From Eledone cirrhosa (taxonomy: Eukaryota): a DNA stretch of 64,000 bases. The stretch covers positions 232,934,001 through 232,998,000 of the forward strand of contig OZ024741.1 of the NCBI GenBank assembly GCA_964016885.1, read 5' to 3'. The translations under genes and the position numbers were made by a program. The notes under the pieces are model-generated. The model did no database searches. It worked only from the letters and a program-made list of their open reading frames with translations, and was not told where the DNA came from. Shown piece by piece: positions 63,634 to 64,000 of this stretch (position 1 is the stretch's first letter; each line of letters starts with the position of its first letter).

Positions 63634-64000
63634 TTGCCTATGTAATACCACGAATTACGGCATTGCCTATGTAATACCACGAATTACGGCATTGCCTATG
63701 TAATACCACGAATTACGGCATTGCCTATGTAATACCACGAATTACGGCATTGCCTATGTAATACCACGAATTACGGCATTGCCTATGTAATACCACGAAT
63801 TACGGCATTGCCTATGTAATACCACGAATTACGGCATTGCCTATGTAATACCACGAATTACGGCATTGCCTATGTAATACCACGAATTACGGCATTGCCT
63901 ATGTAATACCACGAATTACGGCATTGCCTATGTAATACCACGAATTACGGCATTGCCTATGTAATACCACGAATTACGGCATTGCCTATGTAATACCACG
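63634..64000. repeat. Perfect 29-bp minisatellite (ttgcctatgtaataccacgaattacggca)n, more than 12 copies
   Basis: Identical head-to-tail units without spacers, running to the window edge. Confidence 0.97.

Noticed and set aside
63634-64000. CRISPR array (29-bp partly palindromic repeats)
   Set aside because: No spacers, no cas genes, eukaryotic intron context

Overview
Eukaryotic, AT-rich DNA, probably from an octopod cephalopod (inferred from the SINE sequences). The backbone is a + strand receptor-type protein tyrosine phosphatase gene. Seven exons splice in frame: a transmembrane exon, a repeat-rich juxtamembrane exon, and the start of the first PTP domain. One intron is about 42.8 kb (15139-57904). 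The introns are saturated with (TA)n/(CA)n microsatellites and with nested Penelope-like retroelements (PLEs) of two lineages, Naiad-like and Hydra-like (RT plus GIY-YIG), all disrupted. The main hidden signal is a dense set of more than 25 type I hammerhead ribozyme motifs from about 10 sequence families. Several have non-canonical cores: U3-A8, CAGA, U10.1/U11.1, or a ~115-nt stem II. They lie in PLE pseudo-LTRs, in non-coding tandem units of 427-466 nt (retrozyme-like), and in fold-back palindromes anchored in (TA)n. The many I/Y-rich ORFs are microsatellite artefacts. A perfect 29-bp minisatellite runs off the 3' end. All structures were read by eye; no folding or database search was run.
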